Both the position numbers and the translations under genes were made by a program. From the human T2T-CHM13v2.0 reference genome, Homo sapiens: a stretch of DNA of 64,000 nucleotides. The stretch is from the NCBI RefSeq assembly GCF_009914755.1, contig NC_060944.1, one strand, 5' to 3'. The first letter of the stretch is position 1. Each line of letters starts with the position of its first letter. Below are positions 39,779 through 53,615 of this stretch, one piece after another. The notes beneath the pieces were generated by a model that worked only from the letters and a program-made list of their open reading frames with translations, searched no databases and was not told where the DNA came from.

Positions 39779-40363
39779 AGTATACTGCAACTTTGGGATG
39801 CCTCTCTGGACTCAGGCCTGAGCAGCCCAGCCCACGGCCACAGGCATTGGTTCACTAATTGATGCACATGGGCCAATCAGAGCCAATGAGATGCAAAAGG
39901 CCTTCTGGATGATCACGTGAGGTAGTAGATCACGTGGGAGATCATGTGCGCGTAGCCTGGAGAGCCTCAGCTTGAACTGAGGTCCCTTCTCTCCCACTTA
40001 CTAGGCCTGTAGCCTTAGAATGTTATTTAGCCTATTTATCACATTTGCCAATTTCCATGGTGTGACTACACCCGCCATGGTCAGTTTCAAGCTACCAACA
40101 TAAGTGAACGCAGATTTGGTAAAAAGATGTGCAGTAGTACAACATTATGTAGAATTTTTAATCTCCAGATACAATAGGTGAAAATTACCACAAGCACACA
40201 GATAAGAATAAAATGTAATAAAGCAATTAGAAAGTGATGAGGATTGAGTATTGCACTTGTTTTCAATATGATGAATTTAATTATAAGTTTATATAATTTA
40301 ATTAGTGCCTGTTTCCTTTTAAGACCATTTCTCAAAATTTTTGGAAATTTAAGAGTTGGCTCT

Positions 40364-42195
40364 CATTCCTATACAGCAACAACAGTCAACCTGAGAGCCA
40401 AGTCAGGAATGCAATACCATTCACAATTGCCACAACAAAAATAAAATAAAATACCTAGGAATACAGCTAACCAGGGAGGTGAGAGATCTCTACAATGAGA
40501 ACAACAAAACACTGCTTGGAGAAATTAGAGATGACAAAAACAAATGAGAAAACATCCCACACTCATGGAGAGGAAGAATCAATGTCATTAAAATGGCCAT
40601 ACTTCCCAAAACAGTTTATAGATTCAATGCTATTCCTATCAAACTACCAATGACATTCTTTACAGAACTAGAAAAAAACTATTTAAAATTCATATGGAAT
40701 GAAAAAAGAGCCCAAACAGCCAAGGTGATCTTAAGCAAAAAGAATAAAGCTGGAAACATCATGCTACTGGACTTCAAACTATACTGCAGGGCTGCAGTAA
40801 CCAAAACAACAGAATACTGGTACAAAAACAGATACATACACCAATGGAACAGAATAGAGAACCCAGAAATAAGACTGCACGCCTACAACTATCTGATCTT
40901 CAACAAAGCTGACAGAAACAAGCAATAGGGGAAGGATTCCCTACTTAATAAATGTTGCTGGGATATCTGGCTAGTCATATGCAGAAGATTGAAACTGGAC
41001 CCCTTTCTTTTAATACATACGTAAATCAACTCAAGATGGATTTAAAACTTAAATGTAAAACTCAAAACTGTAAAAACCCTGGAAAACAGCCTAGTCAATA
41101 CCATTATGGACAAAAGAATAACCAAAGATTTCATGATGAAGACTCCAAAAGCAATTGCAATGGAAGCAAAAATTGACAAATGGGATCTAATTAAAACAAA
41201 GAGCTTCTGCACAGCAAATGAAACCATCAACAGAGTACACAGACAACCTACAGAATGGGAGAAAATTTTTGCAAACTATGCATCTAACGAAGGTCTGACA
41301 TACTGCATCTTTAAGAAACAAACAAATTTACAAGAAAAAAACATTATGAAGTGGGCAAATGACATTAACAGACACTTCTCAAAAGAAGACATACATGCAA
41401 CCAAGAAGCATATGAAAAAAGGCTCAATATCACTTATCATTAGAGGAATGCAAATTGAAACTACAGTGAGATACCATCTCACACCAGTCAGAAAGACTAC
41501 GATTAAAAAGTCAAAAAATAACAGGTGCTAGCAAGGTGGCAGAGAAAAAAAGAATGCTTATACGCTGTTGGTGGGAGTGTAAATTAGTTCAACCATTATG
41601 GAAAAAGATGTGGTGATTCTTCAAAGACCTGAAGACAGAACTACCATTCGACCCAGCAATACCATTACTGGGTATATACCCAAGCCAATATAAATCATTC
41701 TATCATAAAGACACATGTACGCATATGTTCATTGCAGCACTATTCACAATAGCAAAGACATGAAATCAACCTAAATGCCCATTAATGGTAGAAAGGATAA
41801 AGAAAATGTGGTATGTATACAGTATGGAATACTATGCAGCCATAAAAAGAGTGAGATAATGTCATTTGCAGGAACATTGATGGAGCTGGAGGCCATTATC
41901 CTTAGCAAGCTAATGCAAGAACAGAAAATCAAATACCACATGTTTTCACTTATAAGTGAGAGCTAAATGCTGAGAACACATGGATATATAGAGGAGAAAA
42001 ACAGACACTGGAGTCTACAAGAGGGTGGAGAGTGGGAGGAGGGAGAGGATCAGATCAAATAACTAATCGGTACTAGGCTTAATATGTGGGTGACAAAATA
42101 ATCTGTGCAACGAACTCCCATGACATGAGTTTAGCTATATAACAAATCTGCACATGTATCCCCTAACGAAAATTAAAGTTTTTTTTTTTTTTAAA
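40364..42195 (+). mobile_element. 5'-truncated L1PA (approx. PA13-16), ORF2 3' part and 3' UTR
   Basis: ORF fragments [19 protein letters not shown] and KIDKWDLIK are L1 ORF2; imperfect TSD AGAGTTGG(C/T)TCT. Confidence 0.95.
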
Positions 42196-43263
42196 TGAGA
42201 GTTGGTTCTTGCAACCTAGTGTAAGCTGGATACAGCTTACCAGTCCCTTCTCTAATGGCACTTACATTCTAGAAGAAGATACTGAAAATAAACATATAAA
42301 CAAAACACTAAACAATAAGTAAAGCAACAAAAAATGTAACACAAATGTTTAATAAAATGTCTGATGGCAATCAGTATCATAAAGAAAAGCAAGGCAGAAT
42401 TAAGGGTATATTGAGCATCAGAAATAATTGGGTTTATTTTAGGTAATGTGAATAAGAAAGTCTTCTCACAGGAGTGGCTATCTCTCACATAAATTAAATA
42501 AGGAAGCAATAGATTAAATAAGGAAGCAAAGTCATTGGGACGCAAATAAATTTTTGAAGGCAGAGACTTGCTAACAACTTAGGTTTAAACTGGAAGGTTG
42601 TAGAAAAGAGAAAAATAAAGAACGACTCATAGATTTTTGGCTTAAGCAAATTAGTGAATGTTGATGTCACTTACCAACATAATAAAGATGGAGGAAGAGC
42701 AATTTTGGGGAGTAGACATGGGAGAAACTAAATTTTAAATCACAAACAATTTATGTTTATCCATTAGACATATACCTGGAGGTGTTAAGTTGGCAGTTGC
42801 AGTCAGAAGAGAGAACAGACCTGGAAATTTAAATTTGGATATTATTAGCATACACGTGGTATTTAAGGTGATAGAACTGATAAAACCATGTAGAGAGTGA
42901 ATAAAAGCAAAGACAAAAAGAAAGTGCTGTGGGACTCCAATATTTAGAGGTCTGAAAAAGGAGGAGTATCCCCACATAAATTTTGTAAAGAGTGGCCAAA
43001 GAGGTAGGAGGAAAACAAGCAAAGAGTGTTATCCTGGAATCCAAGGGTAGAAAAGTACATCTAGAAAAGGGAATGTGCAACTGTGTCAAAAGCTAATGAG
43101 AAGCTAAATAGAATAAGGATTGAAAATTTACCATTGGGTTGCAAGATGGTGGTGGGTATTGACCTTTGCAAGAACAGTTTCTGCGGAGTGGTGGGAATGA
43201 AGGGCTAATGGGTGTGGGCTGAGGAGAGAACAGAAAGCTGAGGATGTGGAAACAGTAAATTTA

Positions 43264-43457
43264 TTTTTTTTTTTAATTTTCTATTTCAATAGGTTTTTGG
43301 GAAACAGGTGGTGTTTGGTTACATGAATAAGTTCTTTAGTGGTGATTCTGAGATTTTGTGGCACCCATCACGAGCAGTGTACACTGTACTCAAAGTGTAG
43401 TCTTTTATCCCTCGCCACCCTCCACCGTTTCCCTCGAGTCTCCAAAGTCCCAAAGTC

Positions 43458-43527
<70 letters not shown>

Positions 43528-44779
43528 AGACGGAGTCTCGCTCTGTCGTTCAGGCTGGAGTGCAGTGGCGCGATCTCCGCTCACTGAAAGCTCCGCCCCC
43601 TCGGGGTTCACACCATTCTCCTGCCTCAGCCCCGCGGAATAGCTGGGACTACAGGCGCCCGCCACCACGCCCTGCTAATTTTTTGTATTTTTAGTGGAGA
43701 CGGGGTTTCACTGTGTTCGCCGGGATGGTCTGTCTCCTAACCTCGTGATCTGCCCGCCTTGGCCTCCCAAAGTGCTAGGATTACAGGCACTTTATCAGTC
43801 TTATGCCTTTGCGTCCTCATAGCTTAGCTCCCACAAATGAGTGAGAGCATACAATGTTTGGTCTTCCATTCCTTAATTACTTTACTTAGAATAATTGTCT
43901 CCAATTACATCCAGGTTGCTGAAAATGCCATTATTTTGTTCTTTTTTATGGCTGATTAGTATTCCATAGTGTATATATATGTATACTATATATATATTAC
44001 ATATATATCACATATATGTTATATATATAGTATAGTGTATCTGTAGTATAGTGTACATATAGGATATATGTACACTCTATAATACTGTGTATATATAGTA
44101 TAAATATATCATATATTTATATATCACATTTTCTTTATCCATTCGTTGATTGATGGGCATTTGGGCTGGTTCCATATTTTTGTAGTTGCAAATTGTGCTG
44201 CTATAAACATGTGTGTGCAAGTGTCTTTCCTGTATGACTTCTTTTCCTCTGGGTAGATGCCTAATACGGGGATTGCTGGATAAAACTGAAGGTCTACTTT
44301 TAGTTATTTACAGAATCTCCGCCCTTTCTTCCATAGTGATTGTACTACTTTACATTCCCACCAACAGTGTGAAAGTGTTCCCTTTTCACCACATCCGTGC
44401 CAACATCTATTATTTTTTGATTTTTTGATTATGGCCATTCTTGCAGGAGTGGGGTGGTATCACATTGTGGTTTTGATTTGCGTTTTCCTGATCGTTAGTG
44501 ATGTTGAGCATTTTTCCATATGCTTGTTGGCCATTTGTATATCTTCTTTTGAGAATTGTCTGTTTGTGTCCTTAGTCCACTTTTTGATGGGATTGGTTTT
44601 TTTCTTGCTGATTTGTTTGAGTCCTTTGTAGATTCTGGATATTAGTCATTTGTCGGATACATAGATTGTGAAGATTTTATCCCACTCTGTGAGTTGTCTG
44701 TTAACTCTGCTGATTATTTCTTTTGCTCTGTAGAAGCTTTTTAGTTTAATTAAGTTTCATCTATTTATCTTTGTTTTTG
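43264..44779 (-). mobile_element. 5'-truncated L1PB with perfect 16-bp TSD
   Basis: GGAAACAGTAAATTTA at 43248-43263 and 44780-44795; L1PB 3' UTR GGTGGTGTTTGGTTACATGAATAAGTTCTTTAGTGGTGA. Confidence 0.93.
43461..43790 (-). mobile_element. AluY nested in L1PB, with (TA)n plus polyT tail
   Basis: CpG-rich; AAGCTCCGCC, CACCATTCTC, GGGATGGTCT diagnostics; slightly 5'-truncated. Confidence 0.92.
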
Positions 44780-45714
44780 GGAAACAGTAAATTTAAATAG
44801 CTCTTCGGGGACTGTTGCTCCAAAGAGAAGGTTGGGAGGAAGGGACTATTTGTGGTTTAGGGGAAAGTGTTTTTTGTTTGTTTGTTTTTTAAGATGCTTA
44901 AAGTAAAATGATTGGGGATAGGAATCATCCAAGAAAAGGAGAAACTAATGTTGGAGAAGAGAGAGATTTTTAAGGATGAAGTTCTTAAGTAAGCAAGAGA
45001 ACACAGGAGCCAGTACAGAAGAGGAAGTTCCATCCTAAAATAAGAAAGGAACAGTTCATCCATTGGAGCAGGAGGGAAGGTAGGGTACAGCGGTATAGAT
45101 GTATGTGGGCTGATAGATTTCCTGGTGGACAGATGAGATTGTTCTCTTATAACTTTTGTCAATGAAATAAGATAAGAGATTAACTGTGAAATAAGAGGCA
45201 AAATCTCGGGATGCCTTAAGTGGTAGAATAGAGGGACCTGAGTTTCAACCTTGGCTCTGTGGTTTTCTTTCCTCAGTTTTTCCACTGGCCCTTGGCTTTG
45301 AAAGGACATTGTATCTTCATTAATTTCCAAACATAGAGCATCCATTTCTGATTCTTTTTTAAAAAACATGGTCCGATAGCCTGGCGTTCCAGAAATTCTC
45401 AAAATTGTTTATCATAGTTCTGTCTCTGCTGTGACTGAGATTCAAGTTCCTGAAATTGCAATATTTTTCAACAGTCACTGAATATACATAGCAGGGGATA
45501 TTTCTACAATGTGTTTGACACCTCATGGAAAATAAAGACAGGGCCCCTTGCCCTGTCATACTCCAAGTCCAGTGGGAGGAGGAAATGAGAAAAGATCATA
45601 AATAATTATTGCAACATATAGCAGAAAAGGCAGAGTACAAAACAGCTGGTCAAAACACAGTGGACTCTTCTATAAGAATAGCTAAAATTAAAAAGGCTAA
45701 TGATATCAAGAAGA

Positions 45715-45990
45715 AAAGCAGATGTAAACCATATGTAAACAAATAAGTGTGGTTGTGTTTCAATAAAGCTTCATTTATAAAAATAGGCTGCAGGCCAGAT
45801 ATGGCTCATTAGCCAGCTTGCCAACCCCTGCTCCTGAGCAAGATTGTCCATTAGAAATACAATGCGGGCCACAAACGTAATTTTAACTTTTCTAGTAGCC
45901 ACATGAAAATAGTAAAAAGAAGTGGATAAAATTAATTTTATTCATATTTAATCCAATATTTCCAAAATATTATTACTTCAACATTATTAT
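45715..45990. mobile_element. MER58A-like and MER3/MER33-like hAT MITE fragments
   Basis: GGCTGCAGGCCAGATATGGC...TTGCCAACCCCTG followed by CCATTAGAAATACAATGCGGGCCACA. Confidence 0.65.
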
Positions 45991-48329
45991 GATATTTGGC
46001 CTTGGCAACTTTTAACGTGCACTTGAAAGAGAATTGGCCCTTTAGCTATTTCATAAATGATACTCTTTTTATTTCATGTTTTATGCGGGGGATTTCAACG
46101 TTAGCAGTTAATTCTAATTGAGAAAACTCTATGGGTTTTATTCAATATATTCCTATGTCCAGATTATGAGAAACTTTAGAGACATCATCTTCTACCCATA
46201 TTGTTTCAAAATATCACAGTTTGTAGCAATAAAACTCTATCAAAGGGAACACAAAGTCATTAGGCACTTTCAGCCCCTATGGTGAAATAACCAATAATGG
46301 GCATTTAGATGTCCCTCTCCCTCAGCTTGGAATGTCTCTCTTCCTCAGGGTCTCATTGGAATGTGGCTCATACACAGGAGGCTTTTATGGTGCATGAAAG
46401 TAAATTCTTAAACAGCTTCTTCTTTCCCTTCTTTATAAAAATACAGTCTTGGCACCCATCTTTCTATTGAATTGCTGTCAGGGAAGGCTTTGCTCAAGGT
46501 CAACATAACAAGCCTCTCTGCCAGGTACTATGGCTGACTTTAATACGTTCAGAGGATTTATGTCAGATTCCAGCCACTAAAGATTGAGCTGATAATCGTA
46601 GGTATTTGGCAGAGGCATTAGCATTTCTGTCTGTGCAGATTTCAACGCCCTATTAACTATTCTGAAGAATCATTTACCCAGTGGGGAAAAGTACTGAGTT
46701 GAGTTAGGGATTCCTCGCTACCCAACACAGGCAATATCATAGGAATTTCTATTGCTGTCGGCATGGGGAAATTAACCAGGGCGGCAGATTGCTTTGACTC
46801 CTAATGAATATGAATGCACAAACACAAAGATTTCAAAAAACAACAGGAGCACAGAGACGAAAAAAAAAATGAGCTTTGATGTGAGATCTCTCTGTGAAGG
46901 CCCCTATGAGTAATTTTCTTGGAACAGAGTGAATGATTTGCTGCTCTTTGAGAGAACATAATCTCTGTGCTATCATCCAGGACGCCTCCCAATAGTACCT
47001 GTAGTATAGACCTCCTTTACAAAAGTTGTTTTCTGTTTAAGTGCAAATGCTACAAAAAATGATAAATAATAATTCAGAAGAAGACATGGAGCAAAATGAG
47101 AAGAAGAGCAGAGGCTCTATTTTCAAGAAAAAATATCCAATTTAACTATTTTTAACGGAAATAAAGTGCTTTCTTAAGTGCCAGAAATGAACATTGATCT
47201 TGATTATGCTTGGTTTGTTGACTCCATATGTGCTTTATGATTGGCACGTGATAAGACTAATATTTAATTCTAGCAACTGAATTCTGTGGGAGAAATAGAT
47301 GCAGCTACTACAGTAGTAATTTTATGATCAATAATATAACTCTTTAAAAATGTAGTTCACTCTTTCCTTAATAATGTCAAATAATCACCCATTACATGAA
47401 GAAAGAACTAACGTACTCTGGATTGGCACCTTTTGGAAGGTTAATCAGTTCTTGTGAGTCATCAAGCTGACCCCAACATATTACTGTGTGCTCTTCAATG
47501 ACATTTTCACCCCATAAGACACTAAGTTCCTGGAAGACAAACACAGGAACTATTTACTGTGTTTTTGTATCTTCCATACATTCCAGCACATTGCTATGCA
47601 CAAAGCTGATCCTCCCAAATAAGTCAAACACAGAATTATTATTATTATGGAAGTTTCTAATAGGAATTGTAGGAAATGCAGATCTGATTCTTCATGGTTG
47701 AGCACTTATTGAGGCCTGTTTTTCTTTACCTACTCACAGTCTTAACTCAAAATTTCTATTTATGATACTGCCTCTGACCATGAACTTTGTCTATTCATGT
47801 TGTTATTGGGGATTCTAAAAGCTGTAAGGAGCTTTGCCAGTATGCAGCCAGAAATTGCTTTCTCCCATAAAATGTACCCACTCTGAGGATGCTCCCAAGA
47901 GTGTACCCAGTTCCCTGCTTTGCAAAATGAGAAGAGGCAACTGGGAAAATCAGATATTTGTTACATACTTCTCACAGAATGTAGAAACTTAAGAACATTT
48001 GCTCTTCTTTTAACTTCAATCCAAGATAGCGCAACACAGGAAGTGTGCTTCTTCTAATATTTTGGATTCTTTTAAGCACTCTGCTTTCTACTTCAGCAAA
48101 TGGGTATGGATTCCCTATTACAAATAAGGCAGGATGCTTGATACTACAGTGTATTTAGAGATGTGCATTGCAAAGTCCGACCTCATAGAGTTAGCCACAC
48201 AGTAGGAGGCATAAGACATGAATACATGTTACTCCTATATGAGACGATTTGAGAAAGCATTTTTATGAACAAAGGAAGGCTGACTCAGAAGTGTTATATA
48301 ATAACAAAATACAAAATGTATATTCAGGA

Positions 48330-49255
48330 TATATATATTCAAAAAGTATATAACATATAACCATTCTAATCATTTATATGATGTTCTGGAATGGGCAAAA
48401 TTAATCTATGGTGAAAAAAATGAGAATAGTGGCTTCTGGGACATGGTCACGGCTGAGAACAGATTTGATGGCACTTTCTATTTTCTATCTTGGTAGGGGT
48501 TTGGATTACACAGTTACATGCATTTGTCAAACTCATCACATGATATACTTTGCATGTGTGTGTTTCAGTGCATGCAAATCTTACCTCTGTAGGAAACTAC
48601 AGATGGTCCACAACGTACGATGTTTCAACTTAAGATTTTTTGACTTTATGATGGTGCGAAAGCAATATGCATTCAGTAGAAACTGTATTTCCAGTTCCCA
48701 CACAACAAATCTGTTTTTCACTTTCAGTATTCAATACAAAACATGAGATATCTCAAAACCTGAGATATCTCAAAACACGACATAGCCAATACTGTTATAA
48801 AATAGGCTTTTTGTTAAACGATTTTACACAATTGTAGCTAATGTAAGTGTTCTGAACTCATTAAAGGTAGAGTAGGCTAAGTTACAATGTTCACTAGGTT
48901 AGGTATATTAAATGCATTTCCAACTTATGATGATATTTTTAACTTACACTGGGTTTATTGGGATGTAGCCCCATCATAAGTTGAAGAGCAGCTGTATAAA
49001 TATTGAATTCTGGTTAATGATATGCGACTACACTATTTAGGAAGAAATGTATAAAATTCACAATTTACTTTGAAATACATAAAAAAGAAGACAGATTGAT
49101 AAAATGATAAAAGATGGATGGATGGTCAGATACATGATAAAGCAAACATAGTAAAGTGTTAATGGTAGAAACTAGGTGGGATATATGAGCATTCACTATA
49201 CAATTCCTTCAATTTTTCTGTATGTTAGAAAGTTTTAATAATAAATTGTGGGAAA
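48330..49255 (+). mobile_element. L1MC/ME 3' UTR interrupted by MER47A
   Basis: GGCAAAATTAATCTATGGTG...TTTGTCAAACTCATC...TTCAATTTTTCTGTATGTTAGAAAGTTTTAATAATAAA. Confidence 0.7.
48600..48994 (-). mobile_element. MER47A-like TcMar-Tigger MITE
   Basis: CAG...CTG termini with TA duplications (48598-48599, 48995-48996); internal TGAGATATCTCAAAAC duplicated. Confidence 0.85.
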
Positions 49256-49859
49256 AAGCAACCTCCTATATGAGGAGGAATTTTGAAATGTTCTTTGAAA
49301 ATACAAGGATTTTGAGTGGTAGAAACAGAAATAATGGGCATTCACTACTTAGGCATTAACAAAATCAGAGGCCTAAGAAAGTGAGAGGGTGCTCTGGGAA
49401 GTAGAAACATTTCTGCGTGGTAAAACATTAAAGGGAAAGGGTGGGAGAGAAGGCAGCTGGGGTCACACCATGGAGACTTCAAGGCCAATCAGCCCGGCAA
49501 ACTATGTGTCTCTGGATACACAGGGCAGCCACTGTTGAGGCTTCCTAAGCATAGGATCAGTAAGAGTAGAATTCCCATTTAAGAAGGGGACTTGGATGGT
49601 AGGAGAGGACTGAGGGGCAGTGAGAACCACTAGGATGTGAGTAACTGGGGTCTGAATTGGAGGGCAGCAGAGGAGCTAGAAAGGAGCAACACCTGGAGAT
49701 ACAGCACGCTCAGGGTGGGGGATGGACAGATCATGGGCGTTAACAGGGAAGGAGGCGTGAAACATGAGTCCAGGCTTCAGCCCTGTGATACTGGGGGATT
49801 CCCTTATCATCTGCTTCACTTCAAAAGAGCATTAAAAGCAGCTGATTTACACAGTAGAA

Positions 49860-51150
49860 CTTGATGAACTTGAAATGGACAATTTATGAAAGATTCGCCA
49901 AGGGGCAGTAACAATAGAAAAAGATGCTCAATCTCAATAGTAACCAGGGGAATCCAAACTCAAATAAGAAGAAAACATTTTCATCCATCAACCTGGCAAA
50001 AAATAACAAGAATAATAATAGCCAGGTCTCAGGAAGGTGAAGGAAGAGGCAAAGGACAGACTAATATGCGGTTCACAGGAGTGTAAACTGGTAATGACAT
50101 TTATGAGAAAATGTGGTAATCTTAGCAAAACCTCTAACTGTTTCTATTCTCTGATAAAAAAGTTTCATTATGGAGGAATGTATTCTAACCAATTACTGGC
50201 ACATATGCCTAAAGATGAATGGAGAAGCAAGTTCATTTTCAGCATTGTAATAGAAGAAAATTGGAAATAACTTTATTGTCTATCAATAGAAGGGATACAT
50301 TACAGCTTACCATCTGTATTAGTTTTCTATTGCTGCCATACAAAGTACTACAAACTTAGAGACTTAAAACAACACAAAGTTATTATCTTACACTTGTATA
50401 GATCAGAAAAGTCCTATATGGTCTCAAGGCCAAAATTTAGATGGCAGCAAGTTATGTTCCTTTATGGTGGTTTTAGAAGACAATCGATTTTCTGCTCTTT
50501 TCATTTGTGGGCAGAATTCGATTCCTTTAAATTGTAGGACTGAGGTCCTTATTTTTCTGCCAGCTGTATGCTGAAGGCTCTTCCCAGCTTCCAGAGGCTG
50601 ACACATTCCTTGGCTTCTAGCCTCTTTTCCATCTTTACAGCCAGCAGTGGGGAGGTGGGGTCCTTCTTGTGTCACAACTCTCTGACCCATCTATGTCCCT
50701 TCCTCTTCCACTAATAAAGACTCCTGTGCTTAAATTGGGCCCAGCCACATAATCCAGGATAACCTTCCCATCTCAAGCCCCAAGATGATTTATATTCCTT
50801 TGTTTACTCAAAGGAATATAAATCATTCCTTAATCACATCTTCAAAGTCCTTTTTGCCACATAAGGTAACATTTTCACAGATTCAGGGACATTGTTGGGG
50901 TCCATTATGCCACCTACCACACCATCATTACTGTGGAAAACTCTGTAGTCATTGAAAACAAAAATATAAACCTAAATTACTGATGCTGAAAGATCTCTAA
51001 CACATGTAAAGTGAAAACAAGAATTCAATTGTTATGATATTGCCTTATACTAATATTTTGTACTATATTACACTATATTATGACCTTATTTAAAAATATA
51101 AAAATTATTATAAATTAAAAACAGTATATATATGTAAATATTTAAAAATG
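49860..51150 (+). mobile_element. Old L1ME fragment interrupted by MLT1
   Basis: AAAAGATGCTCAATCTCAATAGTAACCAGGGGAATCCAAA and GGAGTGTAAACTGGTA. Confidence 0.6.
50315..50921 (-). mobile_element. MLT1E-like MaLR solo LTR
   Basis: TGTATTAGTTTTCTATTGCTGC...CCTACCACA with perfect TSD CCATC (50310-50314, 50922-50926). Confidence 0.88.
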
Positions 51151-51431
51151 GAAGTAATGGAGGAATACCAGTGGACAGAGAATACATCTGAGAAGAGGTC
51201 TGGCTTATTAAAGGACTTATGGGGCTTTTTGTAGTTAATTCCATATGCTTATATATTTTTAATTGACTAGGAAAGTATGCTGGTATATTAATTATACTCT
51301 TTCAAAAGTGCAAAACCATTGTTACTGCAAAAAGGAAACATAGGTGAAGTAAAGCTGCTCTTATGATAGTTGGAATAAGAAGCTTAAAGTCCTGTTGACT
51401 AGGGCCCCTCATGCCCTGATGCCCTTCTAAG

Positions 51432-51544
51432 TATGGTAACCATATAATTTGTCATTTCACTGGGACCCTGCTGGGAGTAAAGATGGACACTATCAATAAT
51501 CATGCCAGAACAATAAGCATAGACTGGGACTCCTTGGTCACCTA
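51432..51544. mobile_element. MER94-like hAT-Blackjack MITE
   Basis: TIRs TATGGTAACCA / TGGTCACCTA with perfect 8-bp TSD CTTCTAAG. Confidence 0.8.
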
Positions 51545-51779
51545 CTTCTAAGGAAGTAATTGCTCATCTTCCCCAGCAGAATGTCAGCTCTAAAAGAGCA
51601 GGGCCTTGATCTGGGATGCTCACTGCCTGAAAAGAGTGAGTGGAAAATAGGACTGAACTAGTAGACTTACCCAGTTTTTAGATTGAAATGTTGCCTTTGT
51701 CTTACTGATTTTTAAGAAGTTTTTCCCAACTTACAACTATAAAAACATTCTTTTGTATTTATCTTTTAATTATTTTTAT

Positions 51780-52940
51780 GTTTTTTTTTAACTTTTATTT
51801 GAAATTCAGGGGTACAAGTATAAGTTTGTTACATAAGTAAATTCGTGTCTTGGGGGTTTGTTGTACAGATTATTTCATCACCCAGGTATTAAGCCTAGCG
51901 CCCATTAGTTATTTTTGCTGATCTTCTCGCTTCTCTCACCGTCCACCCTCAAGTAGGTCCCAGTGTGTGTTGTTCCCCTCTATGTGTCCGTGTATTCTCA
52001 TCATGTATCTCCCACTTATAAGTGAGAACATGTAGTATTTGGTTTTCTGTTCCTGCATAAGGATGATGGCCTCCAGCTCCACCCATGTTCCTGCAAATGG
52101 CATTATCTCATTATTTTTATGGCTGTATATTATCCCATGGTGTATATGTACCACATTTTCTTTATCCAGTCTATCACTGATGGGTGTTTAGGTTGATTCC
52201 ATATCTTTGTTATTGTGAAAAGTGCTGTAATGAACATACATGTGCATGTGTCTTTATAACAGAATGATTTCTGTTCCTTTGAGTATACACCCAGTAATGG
52301 GATTGCTGGGTCGAATGGTAGTTCAGCATTTAGGTCTTTAAGGAATTGCCACGTTGCTTTCCAAAATGGTTGAGCTAATTTACCCTCCCACCAGCAGCAT
52401 ATAAGTGTTCCTTTTTCTCTGCAATCTTGCCAGCACCTGTTATTTTTTTACTTTTTAATTACAGCTATTCTAACTGGTGTGAGATGGTATCTCATTGTGG
52501 TTTTGATTTGAATTTCTCTAATGATCAGTGATGTTGAGCTTTTTTTTCCTATACCTGTTGGTTGCATATATGCCTTCTTTTGAAAAGTGTCTGTTTATGT
52601 TCTTTACCCACTTTTTAATGGAGTTGTTTGTTGGGTTATTTTTCTTGTAAATTTCTTTAAGTTCCTTATAGATGTTGGATACCAGACCTTTTTGGATATA
52701 TAGTTTGCAAAAATTTTCTCCCATTCTGTAGGTTGTCTGTTTACTCTGTTAATACTTTCTTTTGCTGTACAGAATCTCTTTAGTTTAATTAGATTCCATT
52801 TGTCAATTTTTGCTTCTGTTGCAATTGCTTTTGGCACCTTCATCATGACATCTTTGCCTGTGCCTATGTGCTGAATGGTATTACCTAGGTTGTCTTCCAG
52901 GGTTTCTATAGTTTTGGGTTTTACATTTAAGTCTTTAATT
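51780..52940 (-). mobile_element. 5'-truncated L1PA (approx. PA13-16)
   Basis: Minus-strand ORF2 fragment [18 protein letters not shown]; 3' UTR and polyT. Confidence 0.94.
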
Positions 52941-53420
52941 TTTATTTATCTATCTATTAAGTCAATCTGAAGTTTACTATGTGTAATTTGAAATTAGATG
53001 ATTTTTTTTTACTAAAGGGATAGCCCAGTTGTCTTAATACTATTTATATTGTTCCTACTGTTCTGAAATACTACCTTTGTCATATACCAAATTTCTATAT
53101 AGTTATGAGTCTTTTCCAAACTTCAATTCCTTCAATTTGTTTCATTGTTACTGCTCAAGTACCTTACCTCTTTAATAACCATAGCTTTAGAAGGTATTTT
53201 GATATATTTTAGGGCAAATCTTTTTTATTGTTCCTATGTAATTGTTTTTAGGTTTTTATTATACATTTACGTTTTATATGTGGGGCTTCTGTGCAAATTC
53301 CATTTGAATAATTAAAAAATGAATTGATCTATCTTCTTATTTTACCAATGAGAAAATTGAGAATTAAAGAGATAAAATTATAAAAAGACATACCCATAAG
53401 GCAACTAGAACTGTGAAGAA

Positions 53421-53615
53421 CTGTGCTGTCTGATAAGGTAGCCGCATGTGACTATTTAGATATAAATTAAAGTTAAATAATTTAAAAAGTCAATGCCTTC
53501 ACCTTGTTAGCTACATTTCAAGTGCTCAATAGCCATATGTGGCTACTGTCTACCATTTAACAGCACAGATCTGAGACTTTTTCATCATTGCAAGTATTTT
53601 TATTGAGCAGCACTG
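53421..53615. mobile_element. MER3-like hAT MITE
   Basis: CTGTGCTGTC...CACATTTCAAGTGCTCAATAGCCATATGTGGCTA-like core...CAGCACTG. Confidence 0.75.

Larger units (their letters stand above)
42230..45190 (-). mobile_element. L2, interrupted by L1PB
   Basis: Purine-rich antisense L2 blocks (CTTACATTCTAG, TTGGCAGTTG, GGAGTGGTGGGAATGAAG) on both sides of the L1. Confidence 0.7.

Noticed and set aside
40593-41966. L1 ORF2 fragments as an active LINE-1
   Set aside because: 5'-truncated (~1.8 kb), with multiple stops and frameshifts, from an old subfamily
44857-45402. 181-aa minus-strand ORF
   Set aside because: Largely overlaps degenerate L2 sequence; non-ATG start, no recognisable domain and no supporting exon structure
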